Positions 11,435 through 25,793 of a DNA stretch of 64,000 nt are shown piece after piece. Numbering within the stretch: the first letter of the stretch is position 1; every line of letters begins with the position of its first letter. The DNA is from the human T2T-CHM13v2.0 reference genome, Homo sapiens. The stretch lies in the NCBI RefSeq assembly GCF_009914755.1, contig NC_060927.1; one strand, written 5' to 3'. Position numbers and translations under genes: made by a program. A model generated the notes under the pieces. It saw only the letters and a list, made by a program, of their open reading frames with translations. It was not told the DNA's origin and ran no database searches.

Positions 11435-14433
11435 TCTGGGTTGTATTCAGAATATATAAATAACTTCTACAAATCAATTTAAAAATCCAATTTTTAAAAA
11501 ACAGGTGAAGACTTGAATAAGCATGTCACAAAAGAAGATATCTAAATAGCTGAAAGTATAAGAAAACATGTTCAACATCATTATTCATTACAGAAAAACA
11601 AACGCACAATGAGACAGTGTCACATACCCAGCAGAATGGTAAAATTAAGTACCAACAGGACAGAGTGCTGGAGAGGATGTGGAGCAACTGGAACTCACAG
11701 ACATTGCCAGGGAGAATATAAAATGATACAGCCACCGTGGAAAGCTGTCTGGTAGTATCTAAAAAGTTAAATATATATCCACTTTGTATTCCAACAATTA
11801 CACTTCTAGGTGTATGTCCAAAAGAAAGGATCACAGATATTCACAAAAAAATTTTGGGCAAAAATATTTGGAGCCATGTTATTCATTATAGCCCCAAACT
11901 GGAAATAATTCAAATCTCCATCAACGGGAGAATGAATAAACCAATCATTTTATATTTATACAACAGAATATTACTTAGTAACAAAAAATCTAATATATGT
12001 AACAACATGGGTAATTTTAAACATGTTAGACAGAAAAAGAAACCAGACACAAAAGAATACACACCGTGTAATTTCATTTTTACCATGTTCGAAAACAGGC
12101 AAAACTAATCAACAGTGATAGAAATCAGAATAGCAACCACCTTTATAAGAAGAGGTGTTTATTGAATAGAAAGTGGCCTGAGGGAACTTTCTGGGCCACT
12201 GAAAATATTCTACGTGTTTATCTAGATGGTGGTCACATGGGATATACATATAAAGTAATCGAGCGAATACTGGAGATTGGTGCATTTCGACCGCATGTAA
12301 GTTTTCCTTTGAAGTACTGTTAGATAATAATAGAGGCAGTATTTGATAAACAGTTGGAAAGTGATATGTATCCAGGCAGCAGATTAATGTGAGGCCAACG
12401 CATGGAAAGTGAGTTCCTGCTGCAGCCCCCTGGAGGTGTCACGTTAGGGGAGAACTTTGTCTCCAGGAGCTGCCACCAGGACCCTTTCAAATCTTGCCAT
12501 TGAATTTAGCCTGGCATCCAGGTCTCTTTGTGATGGGTCCCTTTTCAGCCACATCTTCCACTACAACATTCTGCTGCCCCAGAATGTCACTCATTCCCTG
12601 AACATACTTTTCTTCCTTGTGGGCGTGCTGAGAGGGTTTCCTCCTCCACGGCCCCAAATCCCACCCCTTCCTCAGTGCCCTCCTCCATAAAACCATCAGT
12701 TCTGACTAAGTTCTCTGTCCTGTGAAGTCCTAGTGTGGACTTACTCTCCTGCTGAATGCACGTTTACTTTTCTGAATGGCCCTGAAGCATCTACAGTGGC
12801 TGTCTTGCCTGCTTAACTCCTGTACCATCATATCCTGTTTATGCTGAAATTCTCCATGTTATGCTCCTTGAGAACAGAGACCATTCCGTCTTCCCCTTTG
12901 GGTGTGCCCTGGAACCCTGGCACATGTTATGGGCTCAGTGATAATAATGGATAGAAAAGGGAGTGGGATGGAATCGGGAAATAGGAGACGGAAAGGCATC
13001 AAAAGAGGTAAGAGCAGCTTTGTTCTCCTTTCTGACAGGGACAAGGAATTCTGAGGGGTTAGAAAGAAGGAAAGAGACCCTAAGAGCGGGGGATACAAAA
13101 ACAAAACAGCTGTGGAATAGAGGAGGGGAGACCATTAACCTATTTAAGCACCCCTCAGTGTGGCCCCTTCCCACTCTGCACCAAGATCAGAACTGGCAAA
13201 GTAGGAGTGGGTGGGGGGAGTGGGGAGGAGACTTCGTGGTAGCATTTAGGAGGAATCTTAAGATGAAAAGGAAATGAAAGTGAGAGAAATTGGGGAAGCC
13301 AGTGCACCAAACCAGACCCTGAATTTTTTTATGCTTTCAAGTTTTATTCTCCTTCTTCAAGCTTGTCTACAAAAAGATGGGCTTTAGGATGGTGGACGAG
13401 CCAGGCCTTGATTCATTTCCCTTTTTCAAACAACTAACTTGAACCTTCATCTGAACCTCGGGGCCCTCTCTTTCTGGCTGGACATCTCTAGAGAACAAAC
13501 TCTAGTGATTTCCGTGGTCTGGGGAAGCGGTTGGCCTGGATCACGGAACAACAGCAGCTGCATCTCAGGAGGCTTGGCCCTCCTGAGAGACAAGAGCCGG
13601 AGGGACAACCAAAAACTGGCTGAAATTTAGTGCAAACCTCTCATAGCTCAGACAGCTATCTACTTTAAGTTTCTAGTCCTTGATGAATATTTATACCAAA
13701 ATAGGGCCAGTGGAAAAGTTCCATCTGCCTGGATTTTAAGACTTTTGCCTTTCCTCAGCCACGTTGACCAAACTCAGGAAAGTGGCGGAATCATTGCCAA
13801 GTACATGCTCTTTGAAGTGCAAGAAATCCTGAGAAGGCCTTGAATTCATCATATTTCTTCTTATCCTGAAAACTTAGAGTTGGCACTCCTTTAAAAAAAA
13901 AATGCTTAATATCAGCACCTCTCAGTGCTTTATAATTTTAGCCAAGCCCTTGACACCATGTTGACCACAACACTCTTGAAGGAGTGGATAGGTCTATTCA
14001 AAGTTTTGCAGGGAGAAATTGCTTTGTTGGTTGATATTTTTAAAATCCGAATGATCCAATTATTCACTTTAATTCTCCTCTTTAGTTTGCTAGTAAGAAA
14101 AATGGCCCCAAGTTTTATCCTTAGTGTTACTAGTCATCCTCTACTCCTCAGAACCAAAACACCAGAAATTTCAACCATGTCGTACCTTTGATGTGTGAAG
14201 ATAAAATAGAGGCCTTACTCTAGCACGAGGCATAGTGAGTGCTCTTACCAAGCACAGGCCAGGTGCCAGGCATTGTGCTACATCATTTTTTGCTGAATTT
14301 TACAATCATCCCATTTTGCAGATGAGTAAACTAAGATCCAGAGGGATTAAGTCCCATGGTTACATACTTAGTCATGGTGAATGTGAATGAAATGTGGGCA
14401 ATTCAACCCATAGCTCTTCCTTTTCCTTCTGTA

Positions 14434-14765
14434 CAGTGGGAGGATCCCTTGTATGAAAATCTGAAATGCTCTAAAATCTGAAACTTCCTGAGTGCTGACA
14501 TGAAGCCATGAGTGGAAAATTCCACACCTGACCTCATGTACATACACTTTGTTTTATGCACCAAAATTATTTAAAATATTGTATAAAATTACCCCCCAAG
14601 TTGTGTGTATAATGTGTATATGAAACATAACAATTTCAGGTTAAGGCTTGGATCTTGTCCCCAAGATATCGTATTACATATATGCAAATATTCCAAAACT
14701 GAAAAGTATTCAAAATCTGAAATACTTCTGGTCCTAAGCATTTTGGAAAAGGGATGCTCAACCTG
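14434..14765. mobile_element. TcMar-Tigger MITE (Tigger4b/MER46-like) with TA target duplication
   Basis: Ends ta|cagtgggaggatccct...aagggatgctcaacctg|ta, with internal aaaatctgaaatgctctaaaatctgaaac. Confidence 0.8.
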
Positions 14766-16267
14766 TACTATGTCTAACCTATATCTAACATGTTTTCAGT
14801 GTTCCAGAAGTTTGGGTCGTGGACTTGTTGGTCTAAAGATGAATTTAGTTGATACACAGGCATGCACTGACAACATTGAACCATGTTAGTCAGCATCTTT
14901 CTCTTATTTCAGTTCTTTCATTCTTCTGATTATATCAAGGAGGAAGTCTCCTTCTGATGCTAAAACGCCTTTATCATCCCAAACACTTGCTGAACTTCAC
15001 TTTAAACAATTGGCAAGTAGTTCCCAGGCTCAGAACTTTTAAAAGGCAATCATACCTAGCTAGAATTTAATGACTCATATTTATTGCATTTGTTGTGGTT
15101 ACCATCTAATTTTTATACACTTTAGAGATAATTTTTTTCAAGAAATATGTTTTTAAACATGTGTTTAAAGAAAAGTCAATAATCACACAGATGGTATATG
15201 GAGAACAAAATTCATGAAGGAGGAACATGAGGTTTTATAAACATATAATGCTTAATTATTCTTGGTTTTCAAAGCATCTTACGTACATTAAAATATTTGA
15301 TTCCTACAACCACCTCATGAAGCTCATAGGGATTATGATCCATTTTAAAGATGAAAAAAAAAAACAAGGTTCAGAGAACAGAAACTATTTGCCAGGGTCC
15401 ACACAGGTAGTAAAAATGTAGCCAGGGCTCAGGTTCAACACTAAGCTCCAACATGCACAGAGCTCCCCCAGCACTTTGTCAGCAAATCATTCAAGGGCAG
15501 GAGTGGATCAAGGGATATTCCAAAGCAATGAGCCCAGACCAGAAATGCCATGGAAAGGCTGCAAGGCTTACTGACTCACTGATTGCCTTGAGTTTTCACG
15601 ATTTCCCAGTGCTTGTCTGTATTCTATTTCATGGAGAAGCCTGCAGCAGAGTTTTTCTAGAGCAGTCTAATTTTCTCTCTCTAGTGAGTCATCTTCCAGA
15701 AGGTCAAGAAACTGGCTGTCCCATCAGAGGGTCATCTCCTGCCTTCTGAGTATACCACACAAGGGATGACACAAACTAGAAACGGACCACTTGATGAGGA
15801 AAACTGGGTTCTGCAGCAAGAAGACAGCATTTCTTTCCAAGTCTCCTTGCCTTGAGCAGTTGACTGGGATTCAGATGTCAGGTCTGGGTGGCTGGACAGG
15901 CAAGGATACCATAAACATAGGAGAAGCAGGGAGAGAGCGAGTTGGCAGTCTCATCCGTCTATCCATGAAGAGATTCCAGGAGCTGAAAACACTCCTGGAG
16001 ATAAAGATGAGAGCTGGAGAGAATAGTTGAAACTATGAGTAGATTCTAAGAAGAGAGGAGAAGAGCCAGTGGGAGAACCTTGGGGAGAGAAGAAAGTTAT
16101 TGAGGAAGGCAGAGAAAGGGGTAGTCAGAGGGGCTGGCGTAACCAGAGGAGGCTAGGATCCTGGAAACCAGAGGAAACCAGGGTGCCTCTCTTTCCTTCT
16201 AACTCCCCTTTTGGGCATCATCCTCAGATGCAGGATATCTAACATATATTAGCTTTTGATGTGCCAA

Positions 16268-16328
16268 GAAGCATAGATGATGGCATAGATGAAGCATAGA
16301 TGAGGGCATGGGTGAAGCATAGATGAAG
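16268..16328. repeat. Short tandem repeat, about 5 copies of an 11-12 bp unit GAAGCATAGAT
   Basis: gaagcatagatgatggcatagatgaagcatagatgagggcatgggtgaagcatagatgaag. Confidence 0.85.
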
Positions 16329-16339
16329 GTGTTTTATAT

Positions 16340-16660
16340 AAATGTTTATTGAGGAGCCACTATGTGCAAGGCATTATTCTAGACACTGGTAATAGAGCAA
16401 TGAACTAGACATAAAGTGACCCTGCCCTCATGGAGCTTACAGTCTAGCAGGAAACAATGACATTGAGGAGTTATATACATAATTAAATAATTACCATCAT
16501 GGTAGATACTACAAAATACAAGGTACGGGGTTTTCTAAGACCATATGATAGGAGTGTCTGAGGGATAAATAGAAGTTTGTTAGGTAAAGGAAGAGAGAAA
16601 TGGTCTAAACAGAAGGAACTGTATGTGGGCAGGCTCAGAAGTATGCAGGAATTTGGCATC
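16340..16660 (-). mobile_element. L2 LINE 3' remnant (one representative; others near 850, 6780, 8810, 28560-29100, 35830-36170, 46330-46980, 59990-60240, 60440-60900)
   Basis: aaatgtttattgaggagccactatgtgcaaggcattattctagacactgg...ccctgccctcatggagcttacagtctag matches the L2 3' end in antisense. Confidence 0.8.
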
Positions 16661-19600
16661 TTTCCTGGGACATATGGTTAAATGAATAATTCTGAATGTA
16701 CTCAAGAGATAATTTTCTGGAAAGTAACTTGGCTTCTGTAGTTCTGTTTTACATCTGAATTGTGGCAAATGAGTTTTAAAAACAAGACCTTGAAAGTGAA
16801 TTATTTGCAACGTGAAGGACCGTTCACTAGTTTCTGTTTCATAAAACTGAGCTTAGAAAAATGTGGCCTAAATACTCTGTAAGTTCCTTTTAGTCCTAAA
16901 GATCTATGACTTTCTTACATGCAGAATCCAAGTATATATAGTGTGTACAATTAGATCATTATGCAGGGGGAAAATCAAGGAAAGGATAAAACATCTGAAC
17001 CAAAAAGTGTATTTAGTGTTAGTTTTAAAAACATATGATAGCAAAAAAAAAAAAAGAAAAGAAAAGAAAAAGGAGTCTTTTATAAGAAGGATGCTTGTTT
17101 AAAACCAGGAAAACATCTTGCTGAAGGCACTACACTAAAACACAAGTGGTATTTTACCATCAAGACTCCAATGTTGGTTGAAGGAAATCCTTTTCCATGT
17201 GCACACACGTGTGTGTGTGAGAGAGAGTGTGTGTGTGTGTGTGTGTCAATGCTTCCATTGTCATAATAGTTAACCCAGGAATTTAGGTGTGAGATTCCCA
17301 GCAGGAAGCATTTGCATAAGCAAAGCCTTAAGACTTTTAATAATAGCGCTGTACGTTTATACAACACATTTCCTTTTAAGATACTAAGATTCAGACAGGC
17401 AAGATTAAAAATCCACCAACTTGGTGTGTTATGTCTCCCCTATTTCCAAAATTAACTCCAATAAAAGTGTGTTATCCTTGGAAAGATCAGTAGGACTGCA
17501 AATTTGGAATTCAGACACATGCATGCACAAACACACACACACACCAAATGACATTCCTACAGGATGACATTCTTAAGACATCAGGCTGCTAAAATCAGGA
17601 GCATCTTATAAAACTAGGGAGGTATAATAAGTAGGTATTGCTGACCTCAAGCTTACAGATATATCCTTGAGAAGGAGTCTGTTAAGGGCAGAAACCTAAG
17701 AACCACAAAACCAATTAGATTTTAATTTCCAAGTGTAACCTGAAGACACTAGGCCTGGGGACACCAACAGCTTGTTCTAATTTAGGAAAGGCAGGGTGGG
17801 AGGGGAGTAAGGGGTCCCCACAGGGACCTTATTTTCTTCTATCTTGATTTCCCTCAAGCTACTTGGTAAATCACTAAATAAGATTCCCAGGGAGTTTGGA
17901 TAACTTGTGGCTCATAGTGATGCTGGTGGCTTTACTACATTTTCCGAAAGGCTGACAGGGCATATCTAGGGAAAGAAAAAGACAACTCCAAGAGAAAAAA
18001 CAATTGTGTTGGAGCCTCTGGAAGCATTTAGTTTGGCAAGAAATGCCAGGTCAACTTTTGCCCTATAGGAATCCCTTTCATAGGCAATTAAAACAATGCC
18101 CACCCTTTGGGACTCTGAGTGATCTCAAAAGATTCATTAAAAGTCCACAAATGGAAGGAGATCAGAGGACCATCCTCTCACTGACTGAATTAAGCAGGTA
18201 GCCCCTCAAATAACGGGCTGACTTTTCTAGAAACGTGGACAATTCTGAAACGGCGGAAAATGGTTTTGCTTCTTGGCTGTTTTCTCAGTCTGCCTTTGTA
18301 CAATTCACTATTCACGTTAGCCTGAGCAGTGTCTGTAGCTAGTTCAAAGGGAGCTGGTGTCAAAGGAAAATATTAGTTCAGCCTTAAAAATCCTATCACT
18401 TCAGTCCAGTGGGGTCCCTTATACGTAAGATTTGTGGGCCTGCTTTGGATACAACAACATGTAAACATCAGCTGTCAGCAAGAAGCTGGCAGCCAAAAAG
18501 GCTGGTTTCCTTTCCCCCTCAGTCATCTTCGTGTTCGCCCTGCCAACAGAATGTTCAACAAGGAGCCCGTGTCCTGGGCCAGGACTGCCAGATTCCTAGA
18601 TGTTCCATGTGCCATCACACAGATCCAGTCACCCAGCAATGAATCTTTGAATTTAGAATTTGGAACTTTTTGCCTCGTTCCATACTCCTCTTTTTCAAAG
18701 TGACCCCAACTCCATCCCCTTTGACAGATAAAAGAGAGATCCTGTGACTTTTTCCATGCTTCCCCTTCTCAAAGGCTGTCGCCCATGCCAACTGGGAGAA
18801 GGAGCCCAGCCTGCGAATGATTTTATAGAATTGCTTATAGCTCCTCTGTCCAAACGTCCCTCACATCAGGCTGTTCCAAGAGTTGCAAACCCTTGAAAAA
18901 TGTGCTGATTTGAGTCTTATCACCTCTTTGTCTATTTTTGATGGAAGTGCTAAAAATACAAAAGAGTAAAATTATCCAAAAGGCAGACAGAAGAAAAAGA
19001 AAAAGGGGCAGATAGTCTCCTATCTTGGCTAGCAGAGCACTCATGGTGTCTTCTCCCTTATGCCAAGTGCTACTGTGATGATAGGTAGACAATGCTGGTA
19101 GATTCGGTTGGTAGACCAGATGACCGAGGGAACTGTGATTGCAATCATAGATTCTTAATCAGAAGGAGAGTTGTTTTTTCATTTTGGTTTTGGTTTTTGT
19201 TTTTTTTCAAGATGGATGCAGATGGTGGGGTCAGCTTCTCAGGTGGAGTACAGTTTTAGAACCACCACCATCACCCAACCCCTCAAAAGGAAGCACAGGC
19301 TTCTATACACTTACTTCTTTCATGGCCCAGGGTCTGGGTGTTTTGGCTTTCCTGGAACCAGTCTCAAATCAGTGAAGCTTGGCTAGCAGAGATGGGTTGG
19401 GGGGAGGCAGGAGCAAGGTCTTAAACAGAGAAAGCTTTCATTTTGTATTTCCCTTTCCACATATGGATTTACTTTTCTACTCTGTTTTTATAGCCAGATT
19501 AACCCCTTTTGTTCACAGATGATGTCAGCCTTGGTGGTCTCCAATCATCCCCTCCCCTGGAGGGGAAGGCAGAGCTACACAAGTGATTACAAGCTCAGCA

Positions 19601-21904
19601 GTGTTCCATGAAAGGGCATCCATGGTGGCTTGGAGACTGCAGCGGGGAGGAGAGTGGGTAACTAGTCTAGGAAAGTCAAGAGTCTGCCCTGCGGAGCTGA
19701 TAGGAGGAATTGGCCGGCCTTTTCCAGAACTGCCCCAGGGGTGTGTTCCTCAAGGAGCCTGAACACGGTGATTGGAACAGAGACTTCAGGGACAGCTGCT
19801 GTGGGAGTCACAGAAGCAACAGTTCCCTTCCATCAGTTCCCCAAAGGGTCTGGGACTACCATGCTTCACTCCAGCCTCTCACATGCTCCACCTTGGCAGG
19901 TTGGGCTTCTGTGAATTTATTCCTCCTTTGTGACCAACCTGATTTTAACTTAATCTCACCCATTAGACATGACATGTCCAGAGAGAGGAACATTAAGGAG
20001 AACATGGTATATTTGGCCCCAAACCTAAATTCTCCCTTGAGTTGAACCTGGAAAAACTAATCCTGAGAGAGGAAAGAAAAAAAGGAATGATTGAACAATT
20101 TAATTAATTTTTAAAAATTAAAAATTAAAGGGAATATATCATTTGTCATAGAGAGTAAAAACTATTCTTTCATTCAGCATTTGCTTAAAATTTTATTTGG
20201 GACACCAGAAACTCCTGACATCACGAGATAAATCCATCTGACTCTTCCAACTACAACCAGTCCACGGGATAAATTTAACACACACAAACCATGTAATAGG
20301 AAAAATCATGGAATCTTTACCCTGAAGGGCTGCCGATTCAGGCACTTCTGCCATCAGCACATTATCCACCAATTGTGTTCTCATTCTGTTGCTTTAAATA
20401 GTATTGATCTTTAAAAGCAAAACAAAACTAAACAAAAGTTTCCATCCATAGAATTCTAAGTACTAGATCAGTAGGGCTCATCTCAATTTGTTTAGTCTGT
20501 GCATTTTTATCTTCATTACACAATTCAGGAAAAGAGTCTCTAAATTAAAGGGACTTCTTCACATTTGTGCTTGTCCAGACAGAGGAATAGGAATGCCCAA
20601 GGAGCAACCCTGGAGTAGAAATGGTAGATTTGAACACACATACACACTCTCACACATACACATGCACACACATGCACAAGCACACACAGCTCCCTGAAGA
20701 GCATCTGTCATATGACCCCAATGTAAACGAGGTCTTTGTTGCTGTCTGTGTGAGACTCACTGTGTTTTAGGATGCACTTTATCCAAGTCATTTTTTTGGT
20801 TGATTTCTGCCATAAAAGTGGGCTGCAAGTCTCACTCTTTCATATCATACTTGGGAAGACAGGATTCTCTTGGCCACGGCCTGAAGCCCTAGCGTGGGGG
20901 CTTCCCAAAGCTTGGGGAGGTGAGTGAGCAAGAAGCCAAAGGATAAACATGGAGCAGCGGTTCTGCTTTAAGATTGGAGGGAGCAAGATGGGGAACATTT
21001 GTTTTACATTACAACAGGAAAAATATAGATTGTGGAATAGGATGCAAAAAGTCACCCTGATGTTTAAGAGCAAATAGACTGGAAAGAGTCATTGTTCACC
21101 TTCCCTCAGCATCCCTGGCTTTCCAACCCCCTGGCATCCTCCTCTGGTGACACACAGGACCTGTCTCAGGAGGAGAGGTCAGGCAGAGGATTTACTTTCA
21201 GGAAGGGCAACAAATGTAGACTTTAAGTTATGGACAGGCAGTTATCGTATTGGTAAGTATGTTGATTCCATTACTCTGTTAAGATTGTGTAACCCTGTTT
21301 TGGCAATTCCTTGCTTCAATTCTTGGGAGCTTCAAACAATGGAAGAAGTCCAGACCCTTGTCAAGACCCCAGTCTTCCTTTTTTTTAAACTTTTAATTTT
21401 TGTGGGTACATAGTAGGTATAGGCCCCAGGATTCTTAAGTGGGAAAGTGAAAAAAGCCTTCCTGGCCAGGGCACTCCCCAGAAAAATCATACTTCTTAAG
21501 GAAAAAAAAAAAAAAAAAAAAGACTTCCCATGCAGCTTGCAACCATTTGGGTGTTGCACATTCCCAGGTTGGGCCCCCTCATCTGGTGGGAATCCTCAGT
21601 CGAAGCTTCCACCTGAAGTTGGGGAGGGTTTGGGGACCACCCCTCGCCTCAGGCAGGGCAGAGGGTCTCAGTATCCATGAGTGCCCCAGAGAGGAGTCAG
21701 CCAGTCAGTGAAATTTAGAGGAAGAGGAAGGGTTGTGGTTTCCCTTCGGTCTGGTTAAGAGAATGACTGCATTTGGCACCAAAACCTGTGGGGCAGGCTT
21801 GTGCCAGGGCTGATGCTGAAATGACAACAATAAAAGCCAGACTTGCTGTAAAAAACTCTCCTTGTAGGGAATGGTGGTCCACAAGCTGCTTATGAAAAGG
21901 GAAT

Positions 21905-23005
<1,101 letters not shown>

Positions 23006-23084
23006 CAGGAAGGGAGATTATTAAGACAATGAGCTGAGAGCCTAAAAGTCCAAGTTGGAACGGTTGAAGTTACAATGGTGAGAC

Positions 23085-23410
23085 CAAATGATTCCCAAAC
23101 TTGTCTGAACATTGGCATCCCCTGGGAACTTTCAGAAATACTGATGCCTGTAATCAACCCCCAGAGATTGTGGCAAAATTGGCCTGGAATGCAGCCCAAG
23201 TTTTGGAAGCATTAAAAGATCCCCAGGAGAGTTTAATGTTGCAGACAAGTTAGGGAACCACTGTTGTAGCCCCTCGATACTCAAAGCGTGGTCCCTGGGA
23301 CAGCAGAAATGGTTTCTCCTGGGAGGTAGGTAGAACTATATGTCAGGCTTGCCCAGACTTGCTGAACCAGAGTGTGCATTTGAGCTAGATCCCAGGTGAT
23401 TTTGTGCTAA
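23085..23410. mobile_element. Two adjacent MER5-family (hAT-Charlie) MITEs
   Basis: ttcccaaactt...gggaaccactg followed by ctcaaagcgtggtccc...tcccaggtgatt. Confidence 0.65.
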
Positions 23411-23852
23411 TCAGAGTGTTTACTTAATTTAAGGAGCACTCCCCTCCTCACACACCCAGAACAGGCAAAATCCCCTGCTAAAGGACAATCTCATGACACA
23501 CTGTTTCTCCTTCCTAGCACTGATTCCATTTGTAATTTTACATTTGTGTGAGTTGAGAAAAACGTGTGAGGGCCCCAAAATATCTGGAAGAGGCTCTTTG
23601 GCATGGAACTGTAGTGCATTGGTTAAATTAAAATGTGGATCTGGAATTCAGATACCTGTGTCCAAATCTAAGCTCTAGCACTTTAATTTGACCCCTTTGA
23701 ACCCCACTTAACTAGAGATACTGGATTTTTCCAGGCTTTTCTGGTTTTCATACTAAAAAGTTCTACATCCTAGGCACCAAACAGTCTAGTGCAAACCAGG
23801 ACAGTTACCCTTCAGTTAACTCATATGCAACCTAGAGGCACTAACAATGTAT

Positions 23853-24032
23853 CAGTGGTCTCAAACTTTAATTGTTTATCAAAATCACCTGGAGGTCTTG
23901 AACAGCGATGTCTGGGCCCCACCTGCAGAATGTTTGATTTCATAGGTCTGGGGTGAGGCTTGAGAATTTGCAGTGCTCACAAGTTCGCTGCTGCTGTGCT
24001 GCTGCTTAGAGACCACACCTTGAGAACCACTG
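23853..24032. mobile_element. MER5A hAT-Charlie MITE
   Basis: cagtggtctcaaactt...aatcacctggagg...ttgagaaccactg, with terminal inverted repeats. Confidence 0.85.
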
Positions 24033-25501
24033 CAACATACCTCCCTTGTAGAGTTGTTGTAAGATTTGTACAAGGTCAGCCTTCGCACAGTGCCTGGAAA
24101 ACCACAAATCCTAGTACTTGTTACAGCTACTATTGTTACTTTTGATTATGGAAAAGATGGGACTAAAGATGGTCCCTAAAGAGTCGGCAGGTTTTAAGTT
24201 CTCTGAGGTTTAGATGAGCATAAGCAAAATCCCAGAGTTTGCATGGATTTAGTTCTGCAAGAGGCTCAGGTGGTTGGAAAGAGAATCTGGGTGGAAACAG
24301 TAAATAATATGGAAATAGAGACAAATTTGGACAGGTTACTAGCTGTTGAATCTTGAAGAAGAGCTTAACCTCTCTGAGCCTCAGTTTCCTTATCTGAAAA
24401 TGAGGCTAATGAAATTATCTCATAAGGTTGTCAAGAAGTTTAGATGAAATATCATGAAAATGTTTGGCATGTGCCTGGCACATAGGAAGTACTCAATAAA
24501 TGTTAACTATGATCATGATCACTGGGAAAGATAAAACACTTTTGATTAAAGGCCAGTATAGGAAAAGGTAGACTTAGGATACCCCACCACCACCGCCTTC
24601 AAAGGAGCTCCAATGGAGACCATCTGGATGGGCAAGTTGCTTCTCCACTCTCAGACTCAAGGTCATTCATCATCTTTTGACTGGGAATAATGATGATAAT
24701 AATTATACTTCAGTGGGAAGTCATATTATTAAATAAGAGAATTACTAAGTAAAATCACTGAGTAAAATTCATGGCAGTAGGGTAGTTTCAGGGTCATATT
24801 TTTAAATACAGTTCCAGTCCTTTCCCGGACCTTCTGATAATTTTATTCCACTCAACCCATCTCACTCCAGCTTCTCTCCCAGAACCCCTAGGGAAGGGTT
24901 TGTTTTAAATAACAAGTCATGTTGACCAATAATCTTTAATAACATGTATGCTTATAGAACTTAACCTGTAAAAGACACGTCTGCATTGAATAGAATTTTG
25001 TGTCAATTTGGAACGCACCACCTCAGAAAGGAAACCTGTGAGTAATCATTAGGGCGTGTGATAGTACTAAGATACCACTTTCAAAAAGATAGAATCACAA
25101 CTGTTGTGCAAATATGAAGTGAAACTTAACAAAGATTGTGTTCTACCCATTAATGAGGGAACCCGTATGATATTTAGGCCAGTTTAAAAAGCGCTTGAGG
25201 AGTTAGGTATTTATAAGTAATTTAATGTTAGGACAAGATTGATGGGTTAGTTACAAAACTAGTTAATGTCTTCCAGAACAGTAAACCATAACATTTGGGG
25301 TTATCTTTTTTGAAAGGACAGAAATTGTTTGTGTCTCTATTGGACCAAGATCTGCAAGTTAACGTGTTACTTCAGAAAGACTTGGAGCTGAGCAAAGTAA
25401 ATTTCTCTAGATAATCCTATGGGGATGAGGAGAGCCAGTGCCATATTGCCTCCATATGACATTGAAAGGATGTGCCACTCACCTTTCTGCCTTATGTCTG
25501 A

Positions 25502-25793
<292 letters not shown>

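Larger units (their letters stand above)
11135..12308 (+). mobile_element. Old L1 3' portion (L1ME-like; end of ORF2 plus 3' UTR), interrupted at about 11222-11435
   Basis: Typical L1M segments: aaatatttgca, ggatgtggagcaactggaactc, ccaacaattacacttctaggtgtatgtccaaaagaa, aaaacaggcaaaactaatc. Explains ORFs 11737..12108 and 11526..11834. Confidence 0.85.
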
